DNA from: an uncultured archaeon | GTDB taxonomy: Archaea; Aenigmatarchaeota; Aenigmatarchaeia; QMZP01; QMZT01 | Length of the DNA: 64,000 bases | Direction of reading: 5' to 3' | Assembly: GCA_964441265.1 (NCBI GenBank) | Contig: CAYYKJ010000005.1 | Location: 29,867-93,866, forward strand | Shown: piece after piece, positions 1 to 8,735 of the stretch | How positions within the stretch are numbered: the stretch's first letter is position 1 | How the letters are laid out: each line of letters opens with the position of its first letter | Notes under the pieces: model-generated | What the model saw: the letters and a program-made list of their open reading frames with translations, nothing else | What the model was told of the DNA's origin: nothing | Databases searched by the model: none | Made by a program: the position numbers and the translations under genes

Positions 1-46
1 TCAGCAGACAAAAAGTCTGACCCATAAAAATTCAGGAGGTGAAAAA

Positions 47-313
47 ATGACGGTGAAAAAAGAAGTCAAAGATGTGAAGATAAGATCGCTCCCTTGGAAT
101 GGGAGTCTTGCCGTATTCACGACCGGGGACAGGAGAAAATATGTATTGGAAAGGGATGTGGATATGAGCCAGATCAAGGATTATAACGGGGGCATTGAAA
201 ACCCTGGAAACGGCGGAAAGACGTTCCTTTATCTGGAAGAGCAGGTTACCAAACCGACTAAAAAAAATGATTCGATATACAGTTCTTCCGGGTCAATCGA
301 ACCGCTGTGGTGA
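47..313 (+). CDS. small hypothetical protein, paralog of the next ORF
   Basis: The 88-aa ORF has a GGAGGTGA Shine-Dalgarno-like motif just upstream. It shares the motif Y..I..NGGI...G.GGKT with 341..550. Confidence 0.5.
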   Translation: MTVKKEVKDVKIRSLPWNGSLAVFTTGDRRKYVLERDVDMSQIKDYNGGIENPGNGGKTFLYLEEQVTKPTKKNDSIYSSSGSIEPLW

Positions 314-340
314 AGAGCATAAGATGTGGGAGGTGAAAGA

Positions 341-550
341 ATGGACGGAAAAAATATTCATGAAGTGAAGGGGCTGGCCGATCCTTCCCCTTTCCCTGAT
401 GTCGAAGGAACCGTCTACATCTTTGAGACATGCTCGGGGAAGGAGATGTCGGTCCCTCGGGAATATCTATATCCAGATCAGATCCGGGAGATCAACGGAG
501 GGATAGGTAAGGGCGGCAAGACATTGATCAGTCTTGATTATCTCGACTGA
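341..550 (+). CDS. small hypothetical protein, paralog of the previous ORF
   Basis: The ORF track starts at GTG 326, but GGAGGTGA at 329-336 fits ATG 341. It contains the motif INGGIGKGGKTLISL. Confidence 0.5.
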   Translation: MDGKNIHEVKGLADPSPFPDVEGTVYIFETCSGKEMSVPREYLYPDQIREINGGIGKGGKTLISLDYLD

Positions 551-584
551 ATCAAAATTTATAGCGGGGAGGCAATAATTAAGC

Positions 585-1709
585 ATGAAGAAGGAAATCA
601 ACCCCTGGGGCTCGGAGGACATCAAGGATTACGGGAAGCTCTCGAAGGAATTCGGAATCCGTCCCTTCGGACCGATGCTGAAGAGAATGAAGGAGCCTCA
701 CTTACTCATGAGGAGGGGCATAGTGTTCGGACACAGGGACTTCGACAGGATACTCGATTCCGTGAAGAAGGGGGAAGGATACGCGATGATGACCGGCCTC
801 ATGCCCTCCGGGAGGTTCCACCTGGGCCATAAGATACTTGCAGAGCAGATAATCTACCATCAGCAGGAGCTTGGGGGGAAGATCTTCCTCTGCGTCGCTG
901 ACATAGAGGCCTATAACATGCGTATGAACGACCCGGAGAAGCTGAGGGAAATCGCCATCAACGAGTATCTCCTCAATTACATAGCACTGGGTCTGAAGCC
1001 GAAGAACTGCGATTTCTACTTCCAGAGCGGGCGCTCCGAGCATCCTGACCAGTCCAACGCGTTCTACCGGCTTGCCGGAATGGCCGCCCGTAAGCCAACC
1101 TTCAACGAGATGCGCGCCATCTACGGGGACCTTTCCCCGGGAAAGATAATGTCCGTCATGGTCCAGGTAGCGGACATACTCCATCCCATGCTCCCCGAGT
1201 TCGGTGGTTTCAGGCACGTGGTCGTTCCGGTGGGTGTGGACCAGGATCCCCACCTCAGGCTGACCAGGGACGTTGCCTCGAGGTTCAGCTCCGAATACGA
1301 TTTCCCGTCGCTTCCCTCCTCCACCTATCACCGCTTCATAAAGGGGCTGAAGGGGGGTAAGATGTCCAGTTCCGACCCCCTGTCCTACGTCGCCCTGACG
1401 GATGAGCCTGAAACCGCCAGGAAGAAGATCATGAAGTACGCCTTCTCCGGCGGCAGGGAGACCGTGGAAGAGCACAGGGAGAAGGGCGGCATCCCCGAGG
1501 TGGACGTTTCCTATCAGTACCTTTATTCTCAGTTCGAGCCGGACGACAAGAAAATCAAAAAGATATACGATGATTACAGATCCGGGAAGATGCTCACCGG
1601 AGAGCTGAAGCAGATACTCGCCGAAAAACTGGAGCGGTTCCTTACGGAGCACCGGAAGAAGCGGGAAAAGGCGAAGAAACATGTGGATAATTTTCTGAAG
1701 AAAAAATAG
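585..1709 (+). CDS. trpS: tryptophanyl-tRNA synthetase (archaeal/eukaryotic type)
   Basis: A class I aaRS with the HIGH-like motif PSGRFHLGH and the KMSKS variant KMSSS. The N-terminal NPWGS..I.DY.KL..EFGI is typical of TrpRS. The gene ends with TAG. Confidence 0.9.
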   Translation: MKKEINPWGSEDIKDYGKLSKEFGIRPFGPMLKRMKEPHLLMRRGIVFGHRDFDRILDSVKKGEGYAMMTGLMPSGRFHLGHKILAEQIIYHQQELGGKIFLCVADIEAYNMRMNDPEKLREIAINEYLLNYIALGLKPKNCDFYFQSGRSEHPDQSNAFYRLAGMAARKPTFNEMRAIYGDLSPGKIMSVMVQVADILHPMLPEFGGFRHVVVPVGVDQDPHLRLTRDVASRFSSEYDFPSLPSSTYHRFIKGLKGGKMSSSDPLSYVALTDEPETARKKIMKYAFSGGRETVEEHREKGGIPEVDVSYQYLYSQFEPDDKKIKKIYDDYRSGKMLTGELKQILAEKLERFLTEHRKKREKAKKHVDNFLKKK

Positions 1710-1716
1710 AAAATGT

Positions 1717-2211
1717 TTACTGTATCTCTTCCAGCACTTCTTTTATCCTGTCAACGAATGTTTTTGCGTTATTCATCAATATTTTACATCTTCCTGCTTC
1801 CATGGAGGTTTCCGAGCCATATTGCATTTCTTCTCTGATTGATTTTGCATCCTCAGTACCTTCCTGCAAACTTCTGATCATATCAATATATCCTTTTTCA
1901 AGGATGATCGTTTTGTCCTTCATGAATTTCTCAATTGCCGTAATGGTGCATTCCTGATTTCTCGATTCATATCCCATTCTGTAAAGTACTGCCAGTAATG
2001 CATGATACATGGCATAGAAGGCAGCGGAGGTGACCCAGTCAGTCTTTTCACCGTCATATAAATATTGCATCGTTTCTAAATCAGACTCAGCCTTTTTTAT
2101 CTGTTCATTGAAATTTGTCGTTCCCTTTTTCATTTTCCTCAGACCTTTATGTTTCATTTTCCTTTCTCCTTGTTTCAGGCACCACTTAAAGTTATTTTCA
2201 ATCCTACCCAT
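1717..2211 (-). CDS. HEPN domain protein (toxin-like partner of the MNT)
   Basis: The 164-aa helical protein has an AAFYAMYHALLAVL-type HEPN core. It overlaps the upstream nucleotidyltransferase gene by 8 nt. Confidence 0.7.
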   Translation of the reverse strand: MGRIENNFKWCLKQGERKMKHKGLRKMKKGTTNFNEQIKKAESDLETMQYLYDGEKTDWVTSAAFYAMYHALLAVLYRMGYESRNQECTITAIEKFMKDKTIILEKGYIDMIRSLQEGTEDAKSIREEMQYGSETSMEAGRCKILMNNAKTFVDRIKEVLEEIQ

Positions 2212-2791
2212 TCTTTATGGCCTCCACGAGGAAATGTCTCCCCCAAAGAATTATTCCTGTTCTTATTTCTTCCAGAATTGACTCATCCCTCTTTTTTATA
2301 TTTTTGATCATATCCCTTTCTGTCTGATAAACCGCATGGACCCTTTTTGATTTTACCCTGTTTATGTTATCGATCAACTTCTCAATATCTTCCATGTTCT
2401 TCCGTCGGAAAACAAGCAGAATATCTATATCATTAGCACGTTTCCCTTTCTTCAGTACCGAACCAAAAAGAATTGCCATTTCTGTTTTGGGTTTCAGTTT
2501 TTCCAGATCTTTCACCCACGCCCTTACATAGGGACTTGCTTTTTTCTCTGTCAGCACGAACTTGCACGCGTCCAATGCATCTTGTGACTGGTAATTTATT
2601 TTATAAAAAATATTGTTACCCAGTCTTTTTGCCTCAAGGAATTTCTGACTCTCCAGTTTTTTAAGTATCTTGAACATGCCTCCCGGACTTATACCCAGTT
2701 CCTTTGCCAGCTGATTTATGTTGTATTCTCTGGAAAAATTCCTAATCAGGAATTCCATGGTCCGGGCCTCATTTTCAGTCAAGGAAACCAT
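2204..2791 (-). CDS. nucleotidyltransferase (MNT-like) with N-terminal winged HTH
   Basis: It contains LFGSVLKKGKRANDIDILLV (the GS...DxD minimal NTase motif) after a wHTH (NINQLAKELGISPGGMFKILKKLE). The start was moved to ATG 2791 because the longer ORF runs into the converging glycosyltransferase gene. Confidence 0.7.
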   Translation of the reverse strand: MVSLTENEARTMEFLIRNFSREYNINQLAKELGISPGGMFKILKKLESQKFLEAKRLGNNIFYKINYQSQDALDACKFVLTEKKASPYVRAWVKDLEKLKPKTEMAILFGSVLKKGKRANDIDILLVFRRKNMEDIEKLIDNINRVKSKRVHAVYQTERDMIKNIKKRDESILEEIRTGIILWGRHFLVEAIKNG

Positions 2792-2922
2792 TTTATTTAC
2801 CTCTGGTATATAATTATTCACTAGGGGTATATAAACGTTTCTTTTATTCATTCGCCCTGCAGAGCACCGGAAGAAGCGGGAAAGGGCGGAGAAGATGATC
2901 GACAAATTCGTATGATCTTCGG

Positions 2923-4122
2923 CTATTTTGGATCCAAGTAATACCTGAACATCTTGATGTAATCGAGCAGGTGCCTGGTTATCAGGAAATTTTCCCTCAC
3001 GTGCTCCTTGGCGGCTTTGCCCATTCTTTCCCTCATCTTTCTGTCCTCGAGCAGCTGCACGCACCTCCTGGCGGCCTCGTCGTAGTCGCTTACGAGGAAG
3101 CCCGTCTTCCTGTCCTTCACCTGCAGGGGTATCCCCCCTACCCTCCTCGCCACCACGGGGGTCTCCTTCCAGAGCGCCTCCGAGACGACGAGACCGAACC
3201 CTTCCTTCTTTGAATTCTGTATTATAATGTCCGACTCCCTCTGGAGGGCGTTCACCAGCAGGTCTGAACTGAGTGCGAGTGCCTTGATGTCGCCGTCGTT
3301 CTTTTCGATCCTCCTCATTATCCTGTGGTATATCTCCGGACCTTCAGGGTCGTCGGTGGCCATCTCCCCCAGGAGTATGAGCCTGCAGTCTACCTTCTTC
3401 TTCACCCTCTCGAAAATCTTCAGGACACCCACGGGATCCTTCCACTTGTCGAATCTGGATATCTGGCATATTATGGGCTTGTCCGTTTCTATTCCGTTGT
3501 GTGAGAGTATCTTCCTGTATCTGCTGTCGGTGAGTATCTTGTTCTTCGGGGAGAGCGGATCTATGGAAGGGGGTATTATGAACTGGGGCATGTCCAGGTT
3601 CTTCCTGTATTTCTTCATGGAGACCACCATGCCGTCGTATCTTTTCAAAAAGCCCTTCACTAGGTCCCATGCGGGCCTGTAAGGACTGCTGAGATCGACG
3701 TGGCACCTCCATATCCACGGCTGGGTCTTCTTGTAGAATTTTATCATTCCCAGTGGCTGTGGGTCGTGGATTATCACGAGGTCATGATCCAGGTGGTTCA
3801 TTATGGCGTTCCTTTCTATCTCTTCCATGTACTTTTTCAGCGATTTACTGCCGAGGTGGGTCCTGCCTCCCTGAAGTCCGTTGTGCAGCTTCTTGGTCAA
3901 GCCGAAAAAGGTAAGGGTGCCTTTTAGTATCCTCCATCCCGTTTCTATCTTGAGCTCGTCCAGCAGGATTACCAGCCGGTTGAGTATCTCGGAGACGCCG
4001 CCGCCCGTATATACCGAATTTATGTTGGTCACGTGGCTGTTTTCTATGGGCTCCGCTTCCTCCCTGATCTTCTCGATCAATTCCTGCCCGACGATTTTCC
4101 TGTAATCCTTGAGTCTTATCAT
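2923..4122 (-). CDS. GT4-family glycosyltransferase, trehalose-synthase (TreT)-like
   Basis: The N-terminal NSVYTGGGVSEILNRLV and the C-terminal E..GFGLVVSEALWK motifs fit the GT-B fold. The ORF track start is 4167. ATG 4122 is preferred because TTATATAA lies 24-33 nt upstream of it. Confidence 0.7.
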   Translation of the reverse strand: MIRLKDYRKIVGQELIEKIREEAEPIENSHVTNINSVYTGGGVSEILNRLVILLDELKIETGWRILKGTLTFFGLTKKLHNGLQGGRTHLGSKSLKKYMEEIERNAIMNHLDHDLVIIHDPQPLGMIKFYKKTQPWIWRCHVDLSSPYRPAWDLVKGFLKRYDGMVVSMKKYRKNLDMPQFIIPPSIDPLSPKNKILTDSRYRKILSHNGIETDKPIICQISRFDKWKDPVGVLKIFERVKKKVDCRLILLGEMATDDPEGPEIYHRIMRRIEKNDGDIKALALSSDLLVNALQRESDIIIQNSKKEGFGLVVSEALWKETPVVARRVGGIPLQVKDRKTGFLVSDYDEAARRCVQLLEDRKMRERMGKAAKEHVRENFLITRHLLDYIKMFRYYLDPK

Positions 4123-4179
4123 GAGGCCACCTGAAGAACCTATCGTTATATAATTGTAGTCAATCATTCAAAAATATTA

Positions 4180-4187
4180 TTTTAAAT
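4180..4187 (+). promoter_or_regulatory. TATA-like box upstream of the tRNA-Leu gene
   Basis: TTTTAAAT lies 30-37 nt upstream of the tRNA 5' end at 4217. Confidence 0.4.
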
Positions 4188-4216
4188 TTAATAACGAATT
4201 AAAACAAATAGAAAGT

Positions 4217-4499
4217 GCGGGGGTACCCAAGCAAGCTCTTTTCAGGAAAGAGCTTTGGGAATGGTTAAAGGGGCAGGTAGGGAGAGGGAGGACCCCCTCG
4301 CGGGCGTCTTCTGATCCCTTGCCATACTTAAGGGAATTAAGTGCTGAGCGTTTCGCTGTGAAGTAATGCCTTCTGAGCCATCCTGTGGCTTAGTGCCTTC
4401 GTGGGTTCGAAACCACGCTTTTTCAAGAAAAGCGTGGGAGCAAAAGGAGCTTCGTTCGCTAGCTCACTCGCTTCCAGGGTGGAATACCCACCCCCCGCA
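4217..4499 (+). tRNA. tRNA-Leu(UAA) with four predicted introns (D-loop 16/17, 30/31, 37/38, 59/60)
   Basis: Removing 4233-4261, 4278-4325, 4333-4379 and 4413-4486 leaves an 85-nt class II cloverleaf: GCGGGGG TA CCC AAGCTGGTTAAA GGG G CAGGA CTTAAGA TCCTG TGGCTTAGTGCCTTC GTGGG TTCGAAA CCCAC CCCCCGC A. It has U8, A14, G18G19, A21, U33, G37, G53-C61, TTCGA, C48 and A73. Confidence 0.78.
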
Positions 4500-4564
4500 T
4501 TCCTTCCGGTCCGGGTTTCAGATTTATTAGTTTCTTAGGGCATATTATACATTAGGGGACGTCT

Positions 4565-4975
4565 ATGGCGGTGTTCGGGAAAGACAGCGGCCAGGGATCT
4601 CAGAGAATAATCTCCGAGATGATAAACAAGATAAACGACAACATGCGGAGACTCAGGGTGGTAGAGCAGCAGCTGAAGTCCCTGGATGTCAGGGTAAATT
4701 CCGTTGAGCAGAGCATGCTCAGCCAGAAGAAGAACCTAAAGAAGCTCCTTGGCGAGAGGGACGAAAAGACCACCTCACTCGAGAGCAGGATATTCAAGAT
4801 AGAGTCCACCATGAAGGAGATGGTCAAGCAGATGAAGACCAACGCGACCAAGTCGGACATAGAGGAGCTGAAGACAATGGTCGATATATTCAACCCTCTG
4901 ACATCGAAATTTGCCACCAAGGAAGAGATGGAGAGACTGGTGGAGAAAAAGATGTCGATGTCAGGCGGGGACTAA
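4565..4975 (+). CDS. coiled-coil hypothetical protein
   Basis: A 136-aa ORF with heptad-like K/E/L-rich sequence. No enzymatic motif was recognised. Confidence 0.5.
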   Translation: MAVFGKDSGQGSQRIISEMINKINDNMRRLRVVEQQLKSLDVRVNSVEQSMLSQKKNLKKLLGERDEKTTSLESRIFKIESTMKEMVKQMKTNATKSDIEELKTMVDIFNPLTSKFATKEEMERLVEKKMSMSGGD

Positions 4976-5031
4976 AAACCTTATATAAGGTGAGATACAA
5001 AAAAATTACTATAAGAACAACCTGATTCGTT

Positions 5032-5907
5032 ATGTTCGAGGGCCTTTTCAAGAAAAAGAAAAAGAAAAAGGGGTCTGCGCCGCCGGAGAGATCCGGGGGG
5101 TCCAGGCCAGCCAGAAGGATTCCTACTTATGAAGTCAAGGCGATGTCCTCCAGGGGTGTTTCCGAGCCGGACATAATAAGGGGCCTCAGGAATGAGGGGT
5201 ACAATACGGTTGAGATAGACCAGGCCATGAAAGAGGCCCTCAGGACCAAGGTCGGAGGGCAGTCTCCCCAGCAGAACCGCATGCCGCCCCCCGGACGTCC
5301 GTCACCTCCCTCACAGCCTTCCGGTCCTCCGCCGGGCGCGGAGCCGGAGGAAGATCTCAGACAGAACCTTCCCGGTCCGATGGGACCCCCAAGGGAACCG
5401 TCCCCGCCTCCCGGGGGTTTCGGAGACACCGGCATGGGCAATATCCCGACCGGTTCGGATTTTTCCGAACGTCCGGAAACGGATTTCAGGGTTCCTCACG
5501 ATGAGGGATTTCCGGAACCGGGTGAGCCGCCCCTGCGGTCGCCTAGGCAGAAGAAAAGGCCGGAGAAGGGCCGCATGGAAAAGGGGGAGATAGAAGAGCT
5601 GGTCGAGGTGGTCGTGGACGAGAAGATAAAGGAGATTCAGGACAGGTTCAACCGCATAAACAACCAGTTCCGCCAGGTCAGCGGCAAGCTGAACACGGTC
5701 AACGACGAGGTCGAGAGGATAAGGGGCGAGAAGAGGGAAGAGCTGAAGGAGATTGAAAACAAGATAGATACCTACAAACAGACCATATCGGAACTCACGG
5801 GAAGGATAGGGAGCATGGAGCGCGCACTCAAGGACTCTCTCACACCGATGATGGAATCCCTGAGATCACTTTCCGAAACAATAAACCTGCTGAAGGAAAA
5901 GAAGTAG
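5032..5907 (+). CDS. hypothetical protein with Pro-rich linker and C-terminal coiled coil
   Basis: A 291-aa ORF with a central PPPGRPSPPSQPSGPPPG low-complexity segment and a C-terminal coiled coil. It ends with TAG. Confidence 0.5.
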   Translation: MFEGLFKKKKKKKGSAPPERSGGSRPARRIPTYEVKAMSSRGVSEPDIIRGLRNEGYNTVEIDQAMKEALRTKVGGQSPQQNRMPPPGRPSPPSQPSGPPPGAEPEEDLRQNLPGPMGPPREPSPPPGGFGDTGMGNIPTGSDFSERPETDFRVPHDEGFPEPGEPPLRSPRQKKRPEKGRMEKGEIEELVEVVVDEKIKEIQDRFNRINNQFRQVSGKLNTVNDEVERIRGEKREELKEIENKIDTYKQTISELTGRIGSMERALKDSLTPMMESLRSLSETINLLKEKK

Positions 5908-5918
5908 CTTACAGCAGC

Positions 5919-6317
5919 TCATTTTACCATTTCATATGATTTGATAAGCTCGGGAACCGTGTCGTATTTGGGAAGATTTCTGGGCTTTATCCATTTGTAC
6001 GCCTTGTGCTCCCTGTCCAGGCGAATCCTTCTTTTCTTGGCCTGGAAGAGAAAGGGGTGGACTATCCATTTCTTCTTGATGTATTTGTCCTCCACTGCGA
6101 AGGTGCTGCCTTCCTTCAGGAGGACCACGTCCGATTTCTTCAGTCCGGTCTCCTCGGATATTTCCCTGAATGCCCTTTCCCTGGACCTCTCTCCCTTTTC
6201 TATGTATCCGGAAACCGCGGCCCAGAGATCCTGATAGGTTCCCACGTGGTCCCTCTCCAAAATTAGTATTTCCCCATTGTTCATGAGAAAGCAGGTCACT
6301 ACGTCGGTTTTTTCCAT
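5919..6317 (-). CDS. NUDIX hydrolase
   Basis: It carries the Nudix box GYIEKGERSRERAFREISEETGL (GX5EX7REUXEEXGU). Confidence 0.85.
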   Translation of the reverse strand: MEKTDVVTCFLMNNGEILILERDHVGTYQDLWAAVSGYIEKGERSRERAFREISEETGLKKSDVVLLKEGSTFAVEDKYIKKKWIVHPFLFQAKKRRIRLDREHKAYKWIKPRNLPKYDTVPELIKSYEMVK

Positions 6318-6427
6318 AATTATTATTCGCTTCGCATTTAAAAATAATGGCTGGCTGGGCTACTTGTTCCGAGGGAATCAAATAAAAAATGGAGTTTTTT
6401 TAAATTTCCCCGATTTATTCCTTTCTT

Positions 6428-6805
6428 ATGAAAGGGAAATTCGATTTCGATAGTCTCTATCCCGAATATCAGAAGCTTGGGATTGAGGAATTGATATACA
6501 AAAAGGAATACGTAAAGGCATTGGAGATAATGGAAACAATTACCGATAAACGCAAGAAAATTACCATGGTTTTGGGTGCGATCACACAAATATCTGCAAT
6601 CAAAATCTCGAATGAATATGGAGGGTCGAAATTTTTCAAGAAACGGGAGGATTTCGAAAAAGCAAAGATGGGAATTGGTGACTGTTCCCCTTACACGGCT
6701 TTTCTTTTGGACGATGAAGGAAAAGTCGAGAACACTGGAGATATGCTGGATTTTGTACCTCCGGACAATCCGGTAAGAAAATATCTGGAATCATTGGTCG
6801 AATGA
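6428..6805 (+). CDS. hypothetical protein
   Basis: A 125-aa ORF with coding-like composition and no recognised motif. Confidence 0.4.
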   Translation: MKGKFDFDSLYPEYQKLGIEELIYKKEYVKALEIMETITDKRKKITMVLGAITQISAIKISNEYGGSKFFKKREDFEKAKMGIGDCSPYTAFLLDDEGKVENTGDMLDFVPPDNPVRKYLESLVE

Positions 6806-6829
6806 ACGATTTTGAATTGAGAAGAAAAT

Positions 6830-7741
6830 CTATTTGTTCTTGAGGAGGAGCTTGATCCTGTTCGTCCTTCCGACGTGTTCTATCCCGATCACTCCCCTTT
6901 CCTTCAGACTCTTCATTATTCTGGAAACCTTGGGCTTTGAGAAATCTGTCTCCCTGACTATGGCCCGCTGCTTGGCTGATCCCCCTTTTTCCATGAGTAT
7001 GTCCACCACCCGTTTTTCGTCACCCTTGAGCACGGGCATTATTACCTTCACGGAGGCTTTGCGGGTGGATTTGAGATAGAATGCACCGAGAGAAACGATT
7101 ATTATCACTGCCAGAACCACCATGATAGCGAGGCCGTAAAATGAGATTATGTTTGCCGGTTTCCGGTAATCCACCGAGAAATAAAGGTCGTCTCCCTCCG
7201 GCACGTCCTCCCTCTCCCATATGACTATTATGTGTTTCCCGTCGGTTATGATTTTTCCGTATTTGGGGGAATAAGATTCCTCCATCGGTGAGACCAGGGA
7301 GGCGGTCTCCGGCAGGTATATCGAATTCGAGAACCTGTTGGCGGAGAAATCGAAGGGATAATTTACGCTCATTTCGTAGCCACCATCCGTCTGCTCCACC
7401 TTACCCTTGCTCTTGAAATAGAACATCACCTGTCCCATCTGATCATCCGGGGGCTCCGTGGTGCAATCCACCTTCAGGGGATCGTTTTTCCTGACGAGAC
7501 ATTCGGCAGAATGATATTCCGGTTCGAACCTGAAGCCGCTGGTTTCCCCGTCATATGTATAATTCAGTACGCTGACATTGCGATCGAAAAGGAGTGTTAC
7601 CGTGTTCTCCATGCTACCGTCCTCTCTAAGACGGCTCTCTATCCCGTAGAACTCCAGCTCAGTCGCTGCTGCCGCTGCTGCGGAACACAATAACAAAACA
7701 ATCAAGGTTGCAGCAGGTAATACGAGAATCTTACGGAGCAT
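6830..7741 (-). CDS. membrane-anchored winged-HTH protein (extracellular domain, TM, cytoplasmic wHTH)
   Basis: It has an N-terminal signal-like segment, a TM helix (FYGLAIMVVLAVIIIVSLGAFY) and a C-terminal wHTH (KQRAIVRETDFSKPKVSRIMKSLKERGVI). Confidence 0.65.
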   Translation of the reverse strand: MLRKILVLPAATLIVLLLCSAAAAAATELEFYGIESRLREDGSMENTVTLLFDRNVSVLNYTYDGETSGFRFEPEYHSAECLVRKNDPLKVDCTTEPPDDQMGQVMFYFKSKGKVEQTDGGYEMSVNYPFDFSANRFSNSIYLPETASLVSPMEESYSPKYGKIITDGKHIIVIWEREDVPEGDDLYFSVDYRKPANIISFYGLAIMVVLAVIIIVSLGAFYLKSTRKASVKVIMPVLKGDEKRVVDILMEKGGSAKQRAIVRETDFSKPKVSRIMKSLKERGVIGIEHVGRTNRIKLLLKNK

Positions 7742-7762
7742 AATAATTATTCAATCGGCGGA

Positions 7763-7770
7763 ATTTAAAT
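7763..7770. promoter_or_regulatory. palindromic TATA box ATTTAAAT
   Basis: It lies 22-29 nt upstream of the minus-strand start at 7741, in a divergent intergenic region. Confidence 0.4.
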
Positions 7771-7839
7771 AAAAAATGAGGGAGTGAAACAGTTTCATTC
7801 ACTGCAAATTATAAAAATCCCCGGATCAATCAGATAAAA

Positions 7840-8448
7840 ATGTTCGAGGAAATCGCCGAGTCCTTTTCGAAGAACAATATAAAAGTCATGCCCGCGAGGG
7901 ACGGGAAGGACGCCTGCGAAAAGATACTCAGTATCATACCGGAGAATTCTTCTGTCGGCTTCGGCGGGAGCATGACCCTGGAGTCCATCGGGATACTCGA
8001 CAGGATCAGTGGGGGCAATTACGTTCTTTATGACAGGAGGAAGGCTGAGCGGGGATCCGGTGAATACCAAGAGATGCTCCTTTCTTCACAGCAGGCTGAT
8101 TATTTTTTATCGGGTTCGAACGCGATAACGAGGGACGGGAAAATAGTGAACATGGACATGACGGGAAACCGCGTCTCCTCCATTCTTTACGGTCCCGGAC
8201 ACGTCATCATCGTGGCGGGGAAAAACAAGATTGTCGATAACGTGGACGAGGCCATCGAAAGAATAAAAAACGTCTCCGCTCCCATGAACGCCGAAAGGCT
8301 GGGTTTGAACACGCCATGCGCGGAGACCGGAAAGTGCACGGACTGCTCCAGCCCCGACAGGATATGCTGTTCCACTGTGATCATCGAAAGACAGCATGAT
8401 CCGGGCAGGATCACACTGATACTTGTGAATGAGGATCTTGGTTATTGA
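7840..8448 (+). CDS. LUD (lactate utilization / DUF162) domain protein
   Basis: A 202-aa protein with GFGGSMTLESIGILD and SGSNAITRDGKIVN, plus a C-terminal Cys cluster typical of the LUD family. Confidence 0.65.
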   Translation: MFEEIAESFSKNNIKVMPARDGKDACEKILSIIPENSSVGFGGSMTLESIGILDRISGGNYVLYDRRKAERGSGEYQEMLLSSQQADYFLSGSNAITRDGKIVNMDMTGNRVSSILYGPGHVIIVAGKNKIVDNVDEAIERIKNVSAPMNAERLGLNTPCAETGKCTDCSSPDRICCSTVIIERQHDPGRITLILVNEDLGY

Positions 8449-8466
8449 GAATAAAACAATCTGCCC

Positions 8467-8721
8467 TTACAGGCTCCTGGACATCGCGATATTCTCGCAG
8501 GACTTGACCTCGGGGATGGAATTCAGCTCCTCCTCCAGCTTGTCAAGCGTGCCTTCCTCGTCCGGAATGATCTTGGTGAATTTGAAGGCCTTCAGCCCGA
8601 AGGCCACCGGCTCCTCCTCCAGCTTGTCCGGCTTCTTCTCCTCCAGCTTCTTCCGGAGCGATTCGAACTGATCCATGTTCTCCGGTATTATCTTGTAAAC
8701 AAGAATGACGTCACCCATCAT
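8467..8721 (-). CDS. ef1b: translation elongation factor aEF-1 beta
   Basis: An 84-aa protein starting MGDVILVYKIIPE, with an acidic C-terminal half and typical archaeal EF-1beta size and sequence. It is adjacent to the Zn-ribbon partner gene. Confidence 0.85.
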   Translation of the reverse strand: MMGDVILVYKIIPENMDQFESLRKKLEEKKPDKLEEEPVAFGLKAFKFTKIIPDEEGTLDKLEEELNSIPEVKSCENIAMSRSL

Positions 8722-8735
8722 AACACTTCCTTACA

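Noticed and set aside
702-1682. A 326-aa ORF antisense to trpS. Similar long antisense or shadow ORFs occur at 13518..14081, 14134..14967, 19561..20064, 21141..21920, 26127..26792, 49208..50236, 51979..53028, 62134..62982 and 63061..63915.
   Set aside because: Each lies entirely inside a gene with strong motif support on the other strand. Their translations are low-complexity (R/G/P/H-rich) with no motifs, as expected for shadow ORFs in moderately GC-rich coding DNA.
2204-3064. The full 286-aa version of the nucleotidyltransferase ORF, and similar long N-terminal extensions at 25854..26891, 27220..28089, 28008..29276 and 17556..18014.
   Set aside because: The extensions overlap neighbouring, well-supported genes or promoter regions and have non-protein-like composition. 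Internal ATGs sit at the right distance from TATA boxes and at recognisable N-termini.
4217-4499. The ~283-nt structured RNA as an SRP (7S) RNA or RNase P RNA.
   Set aside because: The ends and internal pieces assemble into a canonical class II tRNA with all invariant positions. I saw no SRP helix 8 or RNase P conserved-region motifs.
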